The translations under genes were made by a program, and so were the position numbers. A stretch of DNA of 64,000 nt from Candidatus Acidiferrales bacterium (lineage in GTDB: Bacteria; Acidobacteriota; Terriglobia; Acidiferrales; UBA7541), in NCBI GenBank assembly GCA_963701055.1, contig OY969563.1, forward strand, positions 4,980,481 to 5,044,480. The letters run 5' to 3'. A model generated the notes under the pieces. The model ran no database searches. It saw only the letters and a program-made list of their open reading frames with translations, and was not told the DNA's origin. This document shows positions 25,034 through 34,778 of this stretch, in pieces; position 1 is the stretch's first letter; each line of letters starts with the position of its first letter.

Positions 25034-26782
25034 GTGAGTTCCCAAGTGAGGTTTTTCTCTTACAGTTCTCTCGCCTTCGGTCTGCTTGCTTTTCTAGCCG
25101 CTCCGCTCCTCTACTCGCCAACACGTTCGCAACAAACACCGAAAGCTGGGAAACGCATAGCCTACTTCACTGACGAAGCCGCAAAAGCAGGGCTTACCGC
25201 GAAGGATGTTTTCGGCGGCGTGGACACGAAGAAATACATAATCGAAACCACGGGCACAGGCGTGGCAATCTTCGACTATGACAACGATGGCTGGCCCGAT
25301 ATTTTCCTGGTGAACGGCACCACGCTGGACCAGGCCCATTCCTCTGCTCCCACCAATCATCTCTATCGCAATAATCACGATGGCACGTTCACGGATGTTA
25401 CGGAGAAAGCGGGTTTGCTGCACAGCGGCTGGGGACAGGGCGTGTGCGTCGGAGACTACGACAATGATGGCTTCGAGGATTTGTACGTCACGTACTACGG
25501 CAAGAATGTTTTGTATCACAACAATGGCGACGGCACTTTCACGGATGTGAGCGAAAAGGCTGGCGTGGCCGGTACTGGCAAAACATGGGGCTCCGGTTGC
25601 GCGTTCGTGGATTACGATCGCGATGGAAAACTCGATCTGCTCGTAGCCACGTATGTTGATTTCGACGTCGCCACCGCGCCGAAACCGGGCGAGCGGATCG
25701 ACTGTCTTTGGAAGGGCGTTCCGGTAATGTGCGGACCACGAGGGCTGCCGTGGAAATCGAACATGCTTTATCACAATCGAGGCGACGGGACATTTGAGGA
25801 CGTCACGAAAAAGGCGCACATCGACAAAACAAACGGCCATTACGGACTCAGCGTCTCAACGCTGGATTTCGACGATGACGGTTGGCCGGACATCTACGTT
25901 GCGTGCGACAGCACGTCCAGCATTCTTTATCGCAACAATCACGATGGCACGTTCACTGACGTCGCTGTGCTTGCGGGCGCCGCGTTCAATGAAGATGGTA
26001 TGGAACAGGCAGGTATGGGCACGACGGTCGGCGACTTCGACGGGGACGGCCGGCCGGACATTTTCAAAACAAATTTTTCAGACGACACGTCCACGCTGTA
26101 TCGGAACAACGGTGACGGCACTTTCAACGATGCGACGTTCGCGGCAGGTCTAGGGCTACACACGCAGTATTTGGGCTGGGGCACGATGTTTTTTGATTTC
26201 GATAATGATGGCTGGCCGGATCTGTTAGTGGTGAATGGTCACGTTTACCCGGAAGTGGATCCTGCACACCTTGGCAGCGATTATCAGGAGCCGCGCATCC
26301 TCTACCACAACAAAGGCAATGCCACGTTCGAAGATATTTCCGCGACGTCCGGCCCGGGAATTACCACGGCGAGTTCCTCGCGGGGCTTGGCGGTCGGCGA
26401 TCTTTGGAATGACGGCAGAATCTCGGCAGTGGTCAGCAACATGAACGCGCCCGCAAGCCTGCTCGTGAACCAAGCGCACTATGACAATCATTGGATTGCG
26501 GTACAGACAAGAGGGGTCAAGTCCAATCGTGATGGCATCGGTGCGAAGATTCGCGTGAAGGCCGGCAACAGAATACTCGTGGATGAAGTGCGAAGCGGTT
26601 CCAGCTACCTATCCAATAGCGATCGCCGAGTGCATTTCGGGTTGGGCCCGGTTGCAAGGATCGATTGGGTCGAGATTCGATGGCCGAGCGGCCTGAAGGA
26701 AGTTTTCGAGAATCAAACCGTCAACAAGATTTTGACGCTGACTGAGGGCCAAGGTAAACCTGCGCCGGGCCATATTCCATAG
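25034..26782 (+). CDS. CRTAC1-family protein (FG-GAP/VCBS beta-propeller + ASPIC/UnbV C-terminal domain), Sec signal
   Basis: Repeated D.DNDGW.D / NNGDGTFTDV calcium-loop motifs. The C-terminal SNRDGIGAKIRV...VRSGSSYLSNSD block is typical of UnbV/ASPIC. Confidence 0.85.
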   Translation: MSSQVRFFSYSSLAFGLLAFLAAPLLYSPTRSQQTPKAGKRIAYFTDEAAKAGLTAKDVFGGVDTKKYIIETTGTGVAIFDYDNDGWPDIFLVNGTTLDQAHSSAPTNHLYRNNHDGTFTDVTEKAGLLHSGWGQGVCVGDYDNDGFEDLYVTYYGKNVLYHNNGDGTFTDVSEKAGVAGTGKTWGSGCAFVDYDRDGKLDLLVATYVDFDVATAPKPGERIDCLWKGVPVMCGPRGLPWKSNMLYHNRGDGTFEDVTKKAHIDKTNGHYGLSVSTLDFDDDGWPDIYVACDSTSSILYRNNHDGTFTDVAVLAGAAFNEDGMEQAGMGTTVGDFDGDGRPDIFKTNFSDDTSTLYRNNGDGTFNDATFAAGLGLHTQYLGWGTMFFDFDNDGWPDLLVVNGHVYPEVDPAHLGSDYQEPRILYHNKGNATFEDISATSGPGITTASSSRGLAVGDLWNDGRISAVVSNMNAPASLLVNQAHYDNHWIAVQTRGVKSNRDGIGAKIRVKAGNRILVDEVRSGSSYLSNSDRRVHFGLGPVARIDWVEIRWPSGLKEVFENQTVNKILTLTEGQGKPAPGHIP

Positions 26783-26791
26783 AACGAACTG

Positions 26792-28648
26792 CTACGCTTT
26801 TCCGGTGCTCTTTTTTAGCGCACTGAGAGACACATTGCGCACGATGCCTTCCCCCTCTTTCACATAAATCAACTGGTTGGGCTGGATGTCCTTCAGAGTC
26901 TCCACCAAGCCGCTCGGCCAATGTAATTCCAGGACATCGATCTTTTGTGCTTTGCCAATCCCGAAATGCACACGCAGATCGTTCTGCGAAAAATATCCCC
27001 CGCCGCTGCGAACTTCGTCGATTTGTTGGTGCGGCTTCGTCCCTCCTGGCATCTGCACCACGCAGCGCAAGCGTGTACCAATTCCGCTGCGGTTGGACTT
27101 GGTGCCAATCGCGCGAACCTTGATCCAGTTGTCTTGCAGCGAAGAGTCGCATCGCACCAGTTGCGGGAAATCGTTGACGCAATTCACCACAAAGTCGATG
27201 TCGCCATCATTGTCGAAGTCGCCGAACGCACAGCCGCGCGAAGCACTGGGTTCAGAAATGCCAGGTCCGACGTTGAGCGATATATCCTCAAACTTGCGAT
27301 TTCGAAGATTGCGATATAGCAGTTTGCGTTGCGGATACCCCGCTTCCGTGCGCAACTGCTCCACTTCCGGGTAAACGTGGCCGTTGCAGATTAGAATGTC
27401 CGGCCAGCCATCGTTGTCGAAGTCAAAAAAACCGCATCCCCATCCGAGATATTGTGTGTGCATGCCGAGGCCGGCCTGGAAGGTCGTGTCTTCGAACGCG
27501 CCGGCTCCAAGATTGTGGTAGAGCGTCGGAGTATCGCCCGCAAAATTGGTTTTCACGATATCCAGATTCCCATCGAGATCGTAATCGCCCGCCGAAACCC
27601 CCATGCCTGCTTGTGGCTTTCCGTCGGCACTCAAAGCGCAACCCGCATCCAGGGCAACGTCCACAAATTTCCCGTTTTTCTGATTCTGATACAAAGCGCT
27701 AGCCGTGGAATCATCGGCGACAAAAATATCGGGCCACCCATCATTGTCGAAGTCCGCCGTTAAGACTCCCAGGCCGTACGTTCCATTTGCCTGCCAGAGT
27801 CCGGCCCCCTCGGACACGTCCACAAAAGTGCCGTCGCCATTGTTGTGGTACAGAATATTTTTGCCGCCATTCAAGCCGGGAGGACCGCAGGCCACCTTGA
27901 TGCCTTTGTACAGGCACGGGCCGGATTCCGGGACCGGTGCGGTGGCCAGATCCATATCGATGTAATTGGCCACAAAAAGATCCAGCTTGCCGTCGCGATC
28001 GTAATCGACGAAAGCGCAGCCCGTGTTCCAACGCTTGCCGTTGCCGGCGACACCGGATTTTTCACTGACATCCGTGAACGTGCCGTCGCCATTGTTGTGG
28101 TACAGCGCGTTCTTCCCGAAATACGCGACGAACAGGTCTTCATAGCCGTCATTGTCGTAATCGCCGATGCAAACACCTTGTCCCCAACCGGTGCGAGCCA
28201 AGCCCGCTTTCAAAGTGACATCTGTAAAGGTGCCATCGCGATTGTTCTTGAAAAGATGGTTGGTAGGTTCCTGGCCGGCCGGAAACCCCTCTAAACGTGT
28301 TCCATTTACGAGGAAGATGTCGAGCCAGCCGTCGTTGTCGTAATCGTAGAAGGCCACGCCGCAGCCCGTGGTTTCCAGAAGGTATTTGTTCTTGTGTTCG
28401 CCGCCAAAAATGGTTTTAGCATTCAGGCCAGCGGCCTTTGCGGTGTTGACGAAATTTACTCCGGGCGAGGTTCCTTCGATCCCGAGAGGGCTATCGTTTG
28501 CTTTTTGGCTGCGGATTCCCAGTCCGGTAATCGCTTGGGAAAGAATGGTTTCCAGGGACAACACAAGCGAGGTACGGCAGAGCGATTTCACAAAACTGCG
28601 GCGTGTTGATGGCAAGCCCGTACCCTTCCCCGGATGCGTTTTAGCCAA
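26792..28648 (-). CDS. CRTAC1-family protein (FG-GAP/VCBS + ASPIC/UnbV), twin-arginine signal
   Basis: Same repeat architecture as the 25034..26782 paralog. The N-terminus STRRSFVKSLCRTSLVLSL fits the Tat consensus. Confidence 0.85.
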   Translation of the reverse strand: MAKTHPGKGTGLPSTRRSFVKSLCRTSLVLSLETILSQAITGLGIRSQKANDSPLGIEGTSPGVNFVNTAKAAGLNAKTIFGGEHKNKYLLETTGCGVAFYDYDNDGWLDIFLVNGTRLEGFPAGQEPTNHLFKNNRDGTFTDVTLKAGLARTGWGQGVCIGDYDNDGYEDLFVAYFGKNALYHNNGDGTFTDVSEKSGVAGNGKRWNTGCAFVDYDRDGKLDLFVANYIDMDLATAPVPESGPCLYKGIKVACGPPGLNGGKNILYHNNGDGTFVDVSEGAGLWQANGTYGLGVLTADFDNDGWPDIFVADDSTASALYQNQKNGKFVDVALDAGCALSADGKPQAGMGVSAGDYDLDGNLDIVKTNFAGDTPTLYHNLGAGAFEDTTFQAGLGMHTQYLGWGCGFFDFDNDGWPDILICNGHVYPEVEQLRTEAGYPQRKLLYRNLRNRKFEDISLNVGPGISEPSASRGCAFGDFDNDGDIDFVVNCVNDFPQLVRCDSSLQDNWIKVRAIGTKSNRSGIGTRLRCVVQMPGGTKPHQQIDEVRSGGGYFSQNDLRVHFGIGKAQKIDVLELHWPSGLVETLKDIQPNQLIYVKEGEGIVRNVSLSALKKSTGKA

Positions 28649-28854
28649 GATCGGCGAGAGTCATTTCATATTGTCGGACATGCCAGCCACATTGCAAGTG
28701 AGTCGGCACGATGGGGATTTTTTTCGAACTGGTGGGTTATCCAGGCGCGAATAGAGTTTCCGTTGAGCACGCACGTATGTTACGTTTTGCTCGGCGGTGG
28801 GCTCAGGGGAACCCATTCGGGCGAATGCGGCATTTTCTGGTCAGGAGTGCCACC

Positions 28855-30555
28855 ATGAAAATTCGAGCGAATTTCTGGATGCTAGCGATTGCTTGTGCCC
28901 TGGCGTTCGCTGGACTTGCATCCGCGCAACCTCTCAAGGATGCCAGCGGACACGCTTGGTGGCAGCACGCTGTCTTTTACGAAGTGTATCCGCGTAGCTT
29001 CGCCGATTCGAACGGCGACGGAATTGGGGATCTGAATGGAATAACTTCCAAGCTGGACTATCTCAAAAAGCTCGGCGTGGACGCTATCTGGATCACCCCG
29101 TGCTTTCCGTCTCCCCAGATTGATTTTGGTTATGACGTTTCGGATTACGTCAATATCGACCCAATGTATGGCACGATTGCGGATTTTGATCACCTGGTCA
29201 GCGAGGCAAAGAAGCGCGATATTCGCGTGATTCTGGATTTTGTCGTCAACCACACATCGGATCAACACCCGTGGTTTATCGATTCGAAATCTTCGCGGAG
29301 CTCCGCGCACCGCGATTGGTATATCTGGCGCAACGGCAAGGGTCCCGGTCAACCTCCTAACAATTGGCTATCGACCTTTGGGCTGTCAGCGTGGAAATAC
29401 GATCCCGCCACGCAGCAGTATTACTATCACTATTTTTATCCCGAACAGCCGGATCTGAATTGGCGAAATCCCGCGGTGGAAAAGGCGATGTTTGACGTAA
29501 CGCGATTCTGGTACAAGCGCGGGGTTGCGGGCTTTCGACTCGATGCCGTGGATTCCCTGTTCGAAGACCCAAACCTTACCGATAATCCTGTGTTGCCCGG
29601 CACGGACAAATTTGGCCGCCCAAACATGCAGGAGAAATACAACAAGAAGCTGCCTGAAATGCACTTTGTTCTGCAGCGGCTAAGAAAAGTGGCTGACGAA
29701 TACGGAGCAGTGCTGATCGGAGAGACCTGGACCTCCCAGGTAAGAGAGTTGGAAGAGTATTACGGCGAAAACGGGAATGAGCTGCAACTGCCGATGGATT
29801 TGATGCTGACAAATCTGCCGCTATCTGCCCAGGCTTTCCGTGAGCATATTAACGCCGTGGACGCGGCCCGCGGCTGGCCGACGTATGTCATCACTAATCA
29901 CGACATCCGCCGCTCCTATTCCCGCTATGGCGACGGCATACATAACGACGACATCGCGAAGATGATGGCCGGCCTTTATCTCACGCTGCGCGGCACTCCG
30001 ATCATGTACTACGGCGAAGAAATCGGCATGGAGAATAATGATCCCACGAGGAAAGAAGATGTAAAGGATCCCATCGGCATTCTCGGCTGGCCACGCGAAA
30101 AGGGCCGCGATGGCGAGCGCACGCCGATGCAATGGAACGACGGACGAAACGCGGGGTTCACTACCGGAAAACCGTGGCTGCCGATTCCGCCGTCCGCAAA
30201 AACGCACAACGTTGAGACAGAAAGCAAGGATCCGCATTCTGTGCTCTTCTTCTACACACAAGTTCTCAATCTGCGGAAAATGGAACCGGCCTTGCTCGAG
30301 GGCGTCTATGTTGCGCTGAATCAATCCGATCAGAACGTGATCTCTTACCTGCGCAAGAGCAGCGCCGGGACAATTTTGGTGGTTCTGAATTTCTCCGCCA
30401 CAGAGCAGAATCCGACTTTTGATCTGAAGCAGCAAGGATTTGCCTCCGCGAAGGTGACAGGCATGTTGGAAAATGCAGCTGCGGTTCCGGACGGAGCGCT
30501 CAAAAGCATAAAACTCCAGCCCTATGGCGTTTTTATCGGCCGCATCACGGATTGA
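28855..30555 (+). CDS. Secreted GH13 alpha-glucosidase / oligo-1,6-glucosidase-type enzyme
   Basis: Track ORF 28711..30555. I prefer the ATG at 28855 (AGGAG 7 nt upstream; MKIRANFWMLAIACALAFAGLASA). GH13 blocks seen: YEVYPRSFADSNGDGIGDLNGI, DFVVNHTS, GFRLDAV, GETW, TNHD. Confidence 0.9.
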   Translation: MKIRANFWMLAIACALAFAGLASAQPLKDASGHAWWQHAVFYEVYPRSFADSNGDGIGDLNGITSKLDYLKKLGVDAIWITPCFPSPQIDFGYDVSDYVNIDPMYGTIADFDHLVSEAKKRDIRVILDFVVNHTSDQHPWFIDSKSSRSSAHRDWYIWRNGKGPGQPPNNWLSTFGLSAWKYDPATQQYYYHYFYPEQPDLNWRNPAVEKAMFDVTRFWYKRGVAGFRLDAVDSLFEDPNLTDNPVLPGTDKFGRPNMQEKYNKKLPEMHFVLQRLRKVADEYGAVLIGETWTSQVRELEEYYGENGNELQLPMDLMLTNLPLSAQAFREHINAVDAARGWPTYVITNHDIRRSYSRYGDGIHNDDIAKMMAGLYLTLRGTPIMYYGEEIGMENNDPTRKEDVKDPIGILGWPREKGRDGERTPMQWNDGRNAGFTTGKPWLPIPPSAKTHNVETESKDPHSVLFFYTQVLNLRKMEPALLEGVYVALNQSDQNVISYLRKSSAGTILVVLNFSATEQNPTFDLKQQGFASAKVTGMLENAAAVPDGALKSIKLQPYGVFIGRITD

Positions 30556-32405
30556 AGGCGCGTTACGGAAGGGAGACGAGCTTGGCGAACAAAGTACACT
30601 GCGCCGCCCGGCTCAGCGCCTACTTCCAGTTAATTTTACTGCTAAGTTTGGCGGTCGGGCCCCGTTGTATGGCACAGATGTCGTCCGCAACCCCCGGATC
30701 GCCAGCCGAAATTAACAAACAGGTCCAGGAAGCCTATCGAGCGGCACAAGCAGCGGCCATGAAGAATGATTTGGCGACCGCAGAGTCCCAACTCGAAAGG
30801 GTCGTTCACATGGCGCCTCAGCTCGAAGAAGGCCACAGCGCGTTGGGCGCCATTCTTCTTCAACTCGGCAAATTTCCGGAAGCGATCAAGGAATTGGAAC
30901 AGGCACTCGCGCTGAAGCCAAGCGACGTGTCCGCACAAACCAGTCTGGCTTGGGCGTATGAACAAACAGGCGCCTATCAAAAAGCGATTGTTTTGTTCCA
31001 GAAAGTGGAAAACGAAGCACGGGCAAAACCCGCGTCCGATCCAGGCCACAAGTTATCTCCGCCTTTTCTGGCTGCGTACGCACGCGCGCTTGCTGCCACA
31101 GGCCAGGTTCCAGCGGCGATTACCAAAATGAAGGCAGCCGTCGCCGAATCGCCTCAGAGCGCCGATCTCCATGATGCCTTGGGCTCGCTGCACGCGCAGG
31201 ACTTGGACTGGCCCTTGGCGGTCGCCGAATTCCAAAAAGCGATCGAACTGAATCGCCAGTTTGCCGCGGCACACCTGCATCTGGGCGCGGCACTGCTCGC
31301 GCAACAACACGTGGAGCCGGCTATTCAGGAGCTCACTCTGGCGTGCCAGTTGGCACCGGATAGCGCCGCTGCCGCCACGGAACTGGGCAAAGCGTATGCG
31401 GCGAACAAGGAAGACGCCAAAGCCATGGCGGAATTCCAGCGCGCGATCAAACTCGATCCCAATTCCATGAACGCAAAATATCAATTGGCCTTGGTGTTGG
31501 AAAGCAACGGCAATGAGGCGGACGCGCTTCCTTTACTGCGCCAGGTGGTTCAAGCACAACCGAAGAACCCGGAGGCGACAGCGAGCCTCGGATTGGCATT
31601 GCTCGTCGTAGGAAATGCAAAGGATGCAATTCCGTTTCTTGAACACGCGCTCAAGCAAAAGGCTGGCGATCCCGCGGCGTATGAGAATCTGGCCGCTGCG
31701 TACTTGCAAATGAACGAAGTCGATGAGGCCATCGGTGTACTGCGGTCCGGCCTTACCCACAATCCCGAGAACTACGAGCTTCATTACAATCTGGGACTCG
31801 CGCTCAAGTTGAAAGACGATAATGCTGCGGCCATCCCCGAACTGGAAACCGCGTCCAAGCTAAACCCTTCCGCTCATGAACCGCATTACACGCTCGGCAT
31901 CCTTTATATGCAGGACGGGCGCTATGACGACTCGGCACGCGAACTGACGGCGGCGATGAAACTGCATCCGGATAATGCGGATGGTTGGGCGACGCTTGGA
32001 AGCCTTTATGTAAAGATGAACAAACTTCCGGAAGCCGCCGACGCATTGAGGGAAGCGATCCGCAGAATGCCCGATCAGCCTGACCCGCACTTGTTACTCG
32101 CCTCGGTGCTTTCGCAGCAGGGCGACGCGACGGAGGCGGCCGCGGAACGCAAAAAAGGCGCCGATCTCGAGCGAGTGGCCATGCATCGTCAGCGCGCGAC
32201 CGTGTCTACAAATTCCGGGAACGCGCTGCTGCAAAAGGGCCAGGTGGCCGACGCCATCGAGCGCTTTCAGCAGGCTCTGAGCGAAGATCCCGACTACACC
32301 GAGGCTCATCGCGGCTTGGCAAAGGCGCTGGAACGCCAGGGAAAGATGACGGAGGCCGCGGCTGAAAGAGAAAAGGCGGAGCAACTGGAAAAGCCTCGAC
32401 CGTAA
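30552..32405 (+). CDS. Large secreted TPR repeat protein
   Basis: ~14 TPR-like repeats with a hydrophobic N-region (AYFQLILLLSLAVGPRCMAQ). The TTG start overlaps the GH13 stop, so the start is uncertain. Confidence 0.8.
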   Translation: MKARYGRETSLANKVHCAARLSAYFQLILLLSLAVGPRCMAQMSSATPGSPAEINKQVQEAYRAAQAAAMKNDLATAESQLERVVHMAPQLEEGHSALGAILLQLGKFPEAIKELEQALALKPSDVSAQTSLAWAYEQTGAYQKAIVLFQKVENEARAKPASDPGHKLSPPFLAAYARALAATGQVPAAITKMKAAVAESPQSADLHDALGSLHAQDLDWPLAVAEFQKAIELNRQFAAAHLHLGAALLAQQHVEPAIQELTLACQLAPDSAAAATELGKAYAANKEDAKAMAEFQRAIKLDPNSMNAKYQLALVLESNGNEADALPLLRQVVQAQPKNPEATASLGLALLVVGNAKDAIPFLEHALKQKAGDPAAYENLAAAYLQMNEVDEAIGVLRSGLTHNPENYELHYNLGLALKLKDDNAAAIPELETASKLNPSAHEPHYTLGILYMQDGRYDDSARELTAAMKLHPDNADGWATLGSLYVKMNKLPEAADALREAIRRMPDQPDPHLLLASVLSQQGDATEAAAERKKGADLERVAMHRQRATVSTNSGNALLQKGQVADAIERFQQALSEDPDYTEAHRGLAKALERQGKMTEAAAEREKAEQLEKPRP

Positions 32406-32533
32406 GTTTGGTTCCTTCGCTTGAGGATTCCCCACGAGGGCGCCATTTACAGGGCACTCGCGATGCGATATACAAGGTGCCTGGCACATCCCGCGCGAAG
32501 AGCTGTAATTAGTTTCGCTTGAGGTAGGGATTG

Positions 32534-34765
32534 ATGAAGCCTCGAACGGTCCGCATCCTCATGGTTGCCGCAAGTTTCGTGGCGAGCGTTGCATTGCTCA
32601 CCAGAAGTGTCCCCTCCACCACACACGCACAGTCCCCGCAAAACTCAAGCGACAAGGACTACTCGGCCGAAACAAGCAAGTCCTACAATTTTCTTTTCGG
32701 CAAGGACAACATTTCTCTGCCAGGGAATGCGTCCACCGTGGACAACCAGTTTATCCAGCCCGGCGCTTTTCCCCCGGCCGAATACTGTGGACATTGCCAC
32801 GAAGAGGCTTACCGGCAGTGGCGCCAGGCATTGCATTCCAACTCCTTCCGTACGCCGTTTTACCGGGCCAGCGTCAACATCCTGATTCGCACGAAGGGTA
32901 TCGAATTTTCGCGCCATTGCGATAGCTGCCACAATCCAATCGCGGTGGTCTCTGGAGCGCTGACGAAGGATGCGCGCGTGGACCGTTCGTTTGACGGAGA
33001 CGGACTTACTTGCACCGTCTGTCATTCGATCCAGAACTTAAAGTCGACTTCCGGCAATGGCGGCTACGTGCTGGGCGTTCCCGCCGTGATGGTGGATGAG
33101 AACGGCAAGCGCATTCCTGGCGAGGTTCCATTCGGGGACATCTTCGAACATCCCGAGCGCCACTCAAAGGCGGTGATGCAGTCGTTTTACCGCACACCGG
33201 AATTCTGCGCGGCCTGCCACAAGGCCAACTTGCCGAATCCCTTGAACGATTACAAATTCATCCGCGCTTTCACCGTTTACGACGAGTGGCAGAACTCCAA
33301 GTTCTCCCAGCGGAACCCGCTGACTTTTTACAAATCCGATTTCGTTAAATGCCAGAACTGTCACATGCCACGCGCTGCCACTACGCTCCATGACTATGGC
33401 GCGAAAAACGGCATGTTGGCATCGCACCGATGGCTCGCCGGTAATGCAGCTGTGCCTTTTTATTATGGATTCGAGGAGCAACTTCAGAAGACGATCGAGT
33501 TCTTGCAGTCCGGCAAGTTCCTTAACGTGGACATTTTCGCGCTGAAACGGAATGGTGAGGATCACCTGATCGCTCCATTGGGGTCAGTCCCCTTTCAGCT
33601 TGCGTCGAATGATGTTGTGGACGCGTACGTCGTGGTACAGAACAAAAACATCGGCCACTCACTGATTCCCGAAGTTCGCGACCTTTACGAAGCGTGGGTT
33701 GAGGTCACAGTCAAGGACGCCGCCGGACACGACATCTATCATAGCGGCTTCCTGGAGCCGGATGGCCTGCTGGACAAGCGTGCGCACAGTTTCACCAACC
33801 GTCCCGTAAATCTGTCCGGCGAGTTTGTGGATAATCACAAGGTTTGGACCATTCATTCCATGGCCTACGACAACTCGATTCAATCCGGGCGCTCAGCGCT
33901 AGTGCGCTATGAATTTCGTATTCCGCCGGACGCCAAGGGGCCTCTCAACATCACTGCGCAGGTCAACTATCGTCATCTCCGCCAGAGTTATCTGAATAAC
34001 GTCTTCGGCGGTGACCATCCACTGTATCCGGTCATCGAGATCGCTTCCCGCACACGCGAGTTGAATCTGGGCGTGAATCAGCCTTCGGCAGCCGCTGCCA
34101 ACGACAATGAAGACTGGATGCGATGGAACGATCTCGGCATCGGATTCCTCGATCAACTGCAATACTCCGACGCCGTTGACGCGTTCGAGCACGTCCTGAA
34201 GCTACGGCCCGATTACGACGACGGTTACGTAAACGTGGGCCTAACCTATATCGAATGGGAAAAATATTCCTTGGCGCGGCCCGCCTTGGAAAAAGCGCTG
34301 CAGTTGCATCCGGATTACGCTCGCGCGCTCTATTATCTCGCGCTTGTCGAACGCCGCGAGGCGCACCCCGAAGCGGAAGTTGCCGACCTGCAGAAGGTCG
34401 CGGAACAGTATCCACAATCGCGCGATGCCCGCCGCGAACTCGGCATTGCCTACTATCAACAGCACCGCACCGACGACGCCATGGCGCAATTTGAAGCATT
34501 GCAAGCCATCGATCCCGACGATCTTGCCGCGCATTACAATCTGGCTATCTTATATCGGCGCAAGGGTAGAAAGCCGGAGGCTGCGACGCAGGCCGCGTTA
34601 TACGCCACGAAGAGTGTCGACCCGGGCGCCCCGACATATTCGCTGGATTATTTGCGCAAGCATCCTGAAATCTCCACCGAGAGCGTGCCCTGGCACATGC
34701 ATACGGACTTGCAGTCTGGCGTCGCCGACGTCACCGCCCGGAACAACGGGGTTTGCCAGCATTAA
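32534..34765 (+). CDS. Pentaheme c-type cytochrome with central beta-rich region and C-terminal TPR domain
   Basis: Five CxxCH motifs: CGHCH, CDSCH, CTVCH, CAACH, CQNCH. The ATG is at 32534 (MKPRTVRILMVAASFVASVALL). TPRs occupy the last ~200 aa. Confidence 0.85.
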   Translation: MKPRTVRILMVAASFVASVALLTRSVPSTTHAQSPQNSSDKDYSAETSKSYNFLFGKDNISLPGNASTVDNQFIQPGAFPPAEYCGHCHEEAYRQWRQALHSNSFRTPFYRASVNILIRTKGIEFSRHCDSCHNPIAVVSGALTKDARVDRSFDGDGLTCTVCHSIQNLKSTSGNGGYVLGVPAVMVDENGKRIPGEVPFGDIFEHPERHSKAVMQSFYRTPEFCAACHKANLPNPLNDYKFIRAFTVYDEWQNSKFSQRNPLTFYKSDFVKCQNCHMPRAATTLHDYGAKNGMLASHRWLAGNAAVPFYYGFEEQLQKTIEFLQSGKFLNVDIFALKRNGEDHLIAPLGSVPFQLASNDVVDAYVVVQNKNIGHSLIPEVRDLYEAWVEVTVKDAAGHDIYHSGFLEPDGLLDKRAHSFTNRPVNLSGEFVDNHKVWTIHSMAYDNSIQSGRSALVRYEFRIPPDAKGPLNITAQVNYRHLRQSYLNNVFGGDHPLYPVIEIASRTRELNLGVNQPSAAAANDNEDWMRWNDLGIGFLDQLQYSDAVDAFEHVLKLRPDYDDGYVNVGLTYIEWEKYSLARPALEKALQLHPDYARALYYLALVERREAHPEAEVADLQKVAEQYPQSRDARRELGIAYYQQHRTDDAMAQFEALQAIDPDDLAAHYNLAILYRRKGRKPEAATQAALYATKSVDPGAPTYSLDYLRKHPEISTESVPWHMHTDLQSGVADVTARNNGVCQH

Positions 34766-34778
34766 CTGAGGAGGATTT

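Noticed and set aside
28711-28854. N-terminal extensions of several track ORFs: 28711 for GH13, 44599 for the secreted protein, 53548 for TPM, 54512 for the NTase, 4603..5775 for the dehydrogenase, 1286..1375 for the first gene.
   Set aside because: Internal ATG/TTG starts give proper signal peptides or canonical N-termini. They are preceded by SD-like sequences or abut the upstream stop, whereas the extensions have no family similarity.
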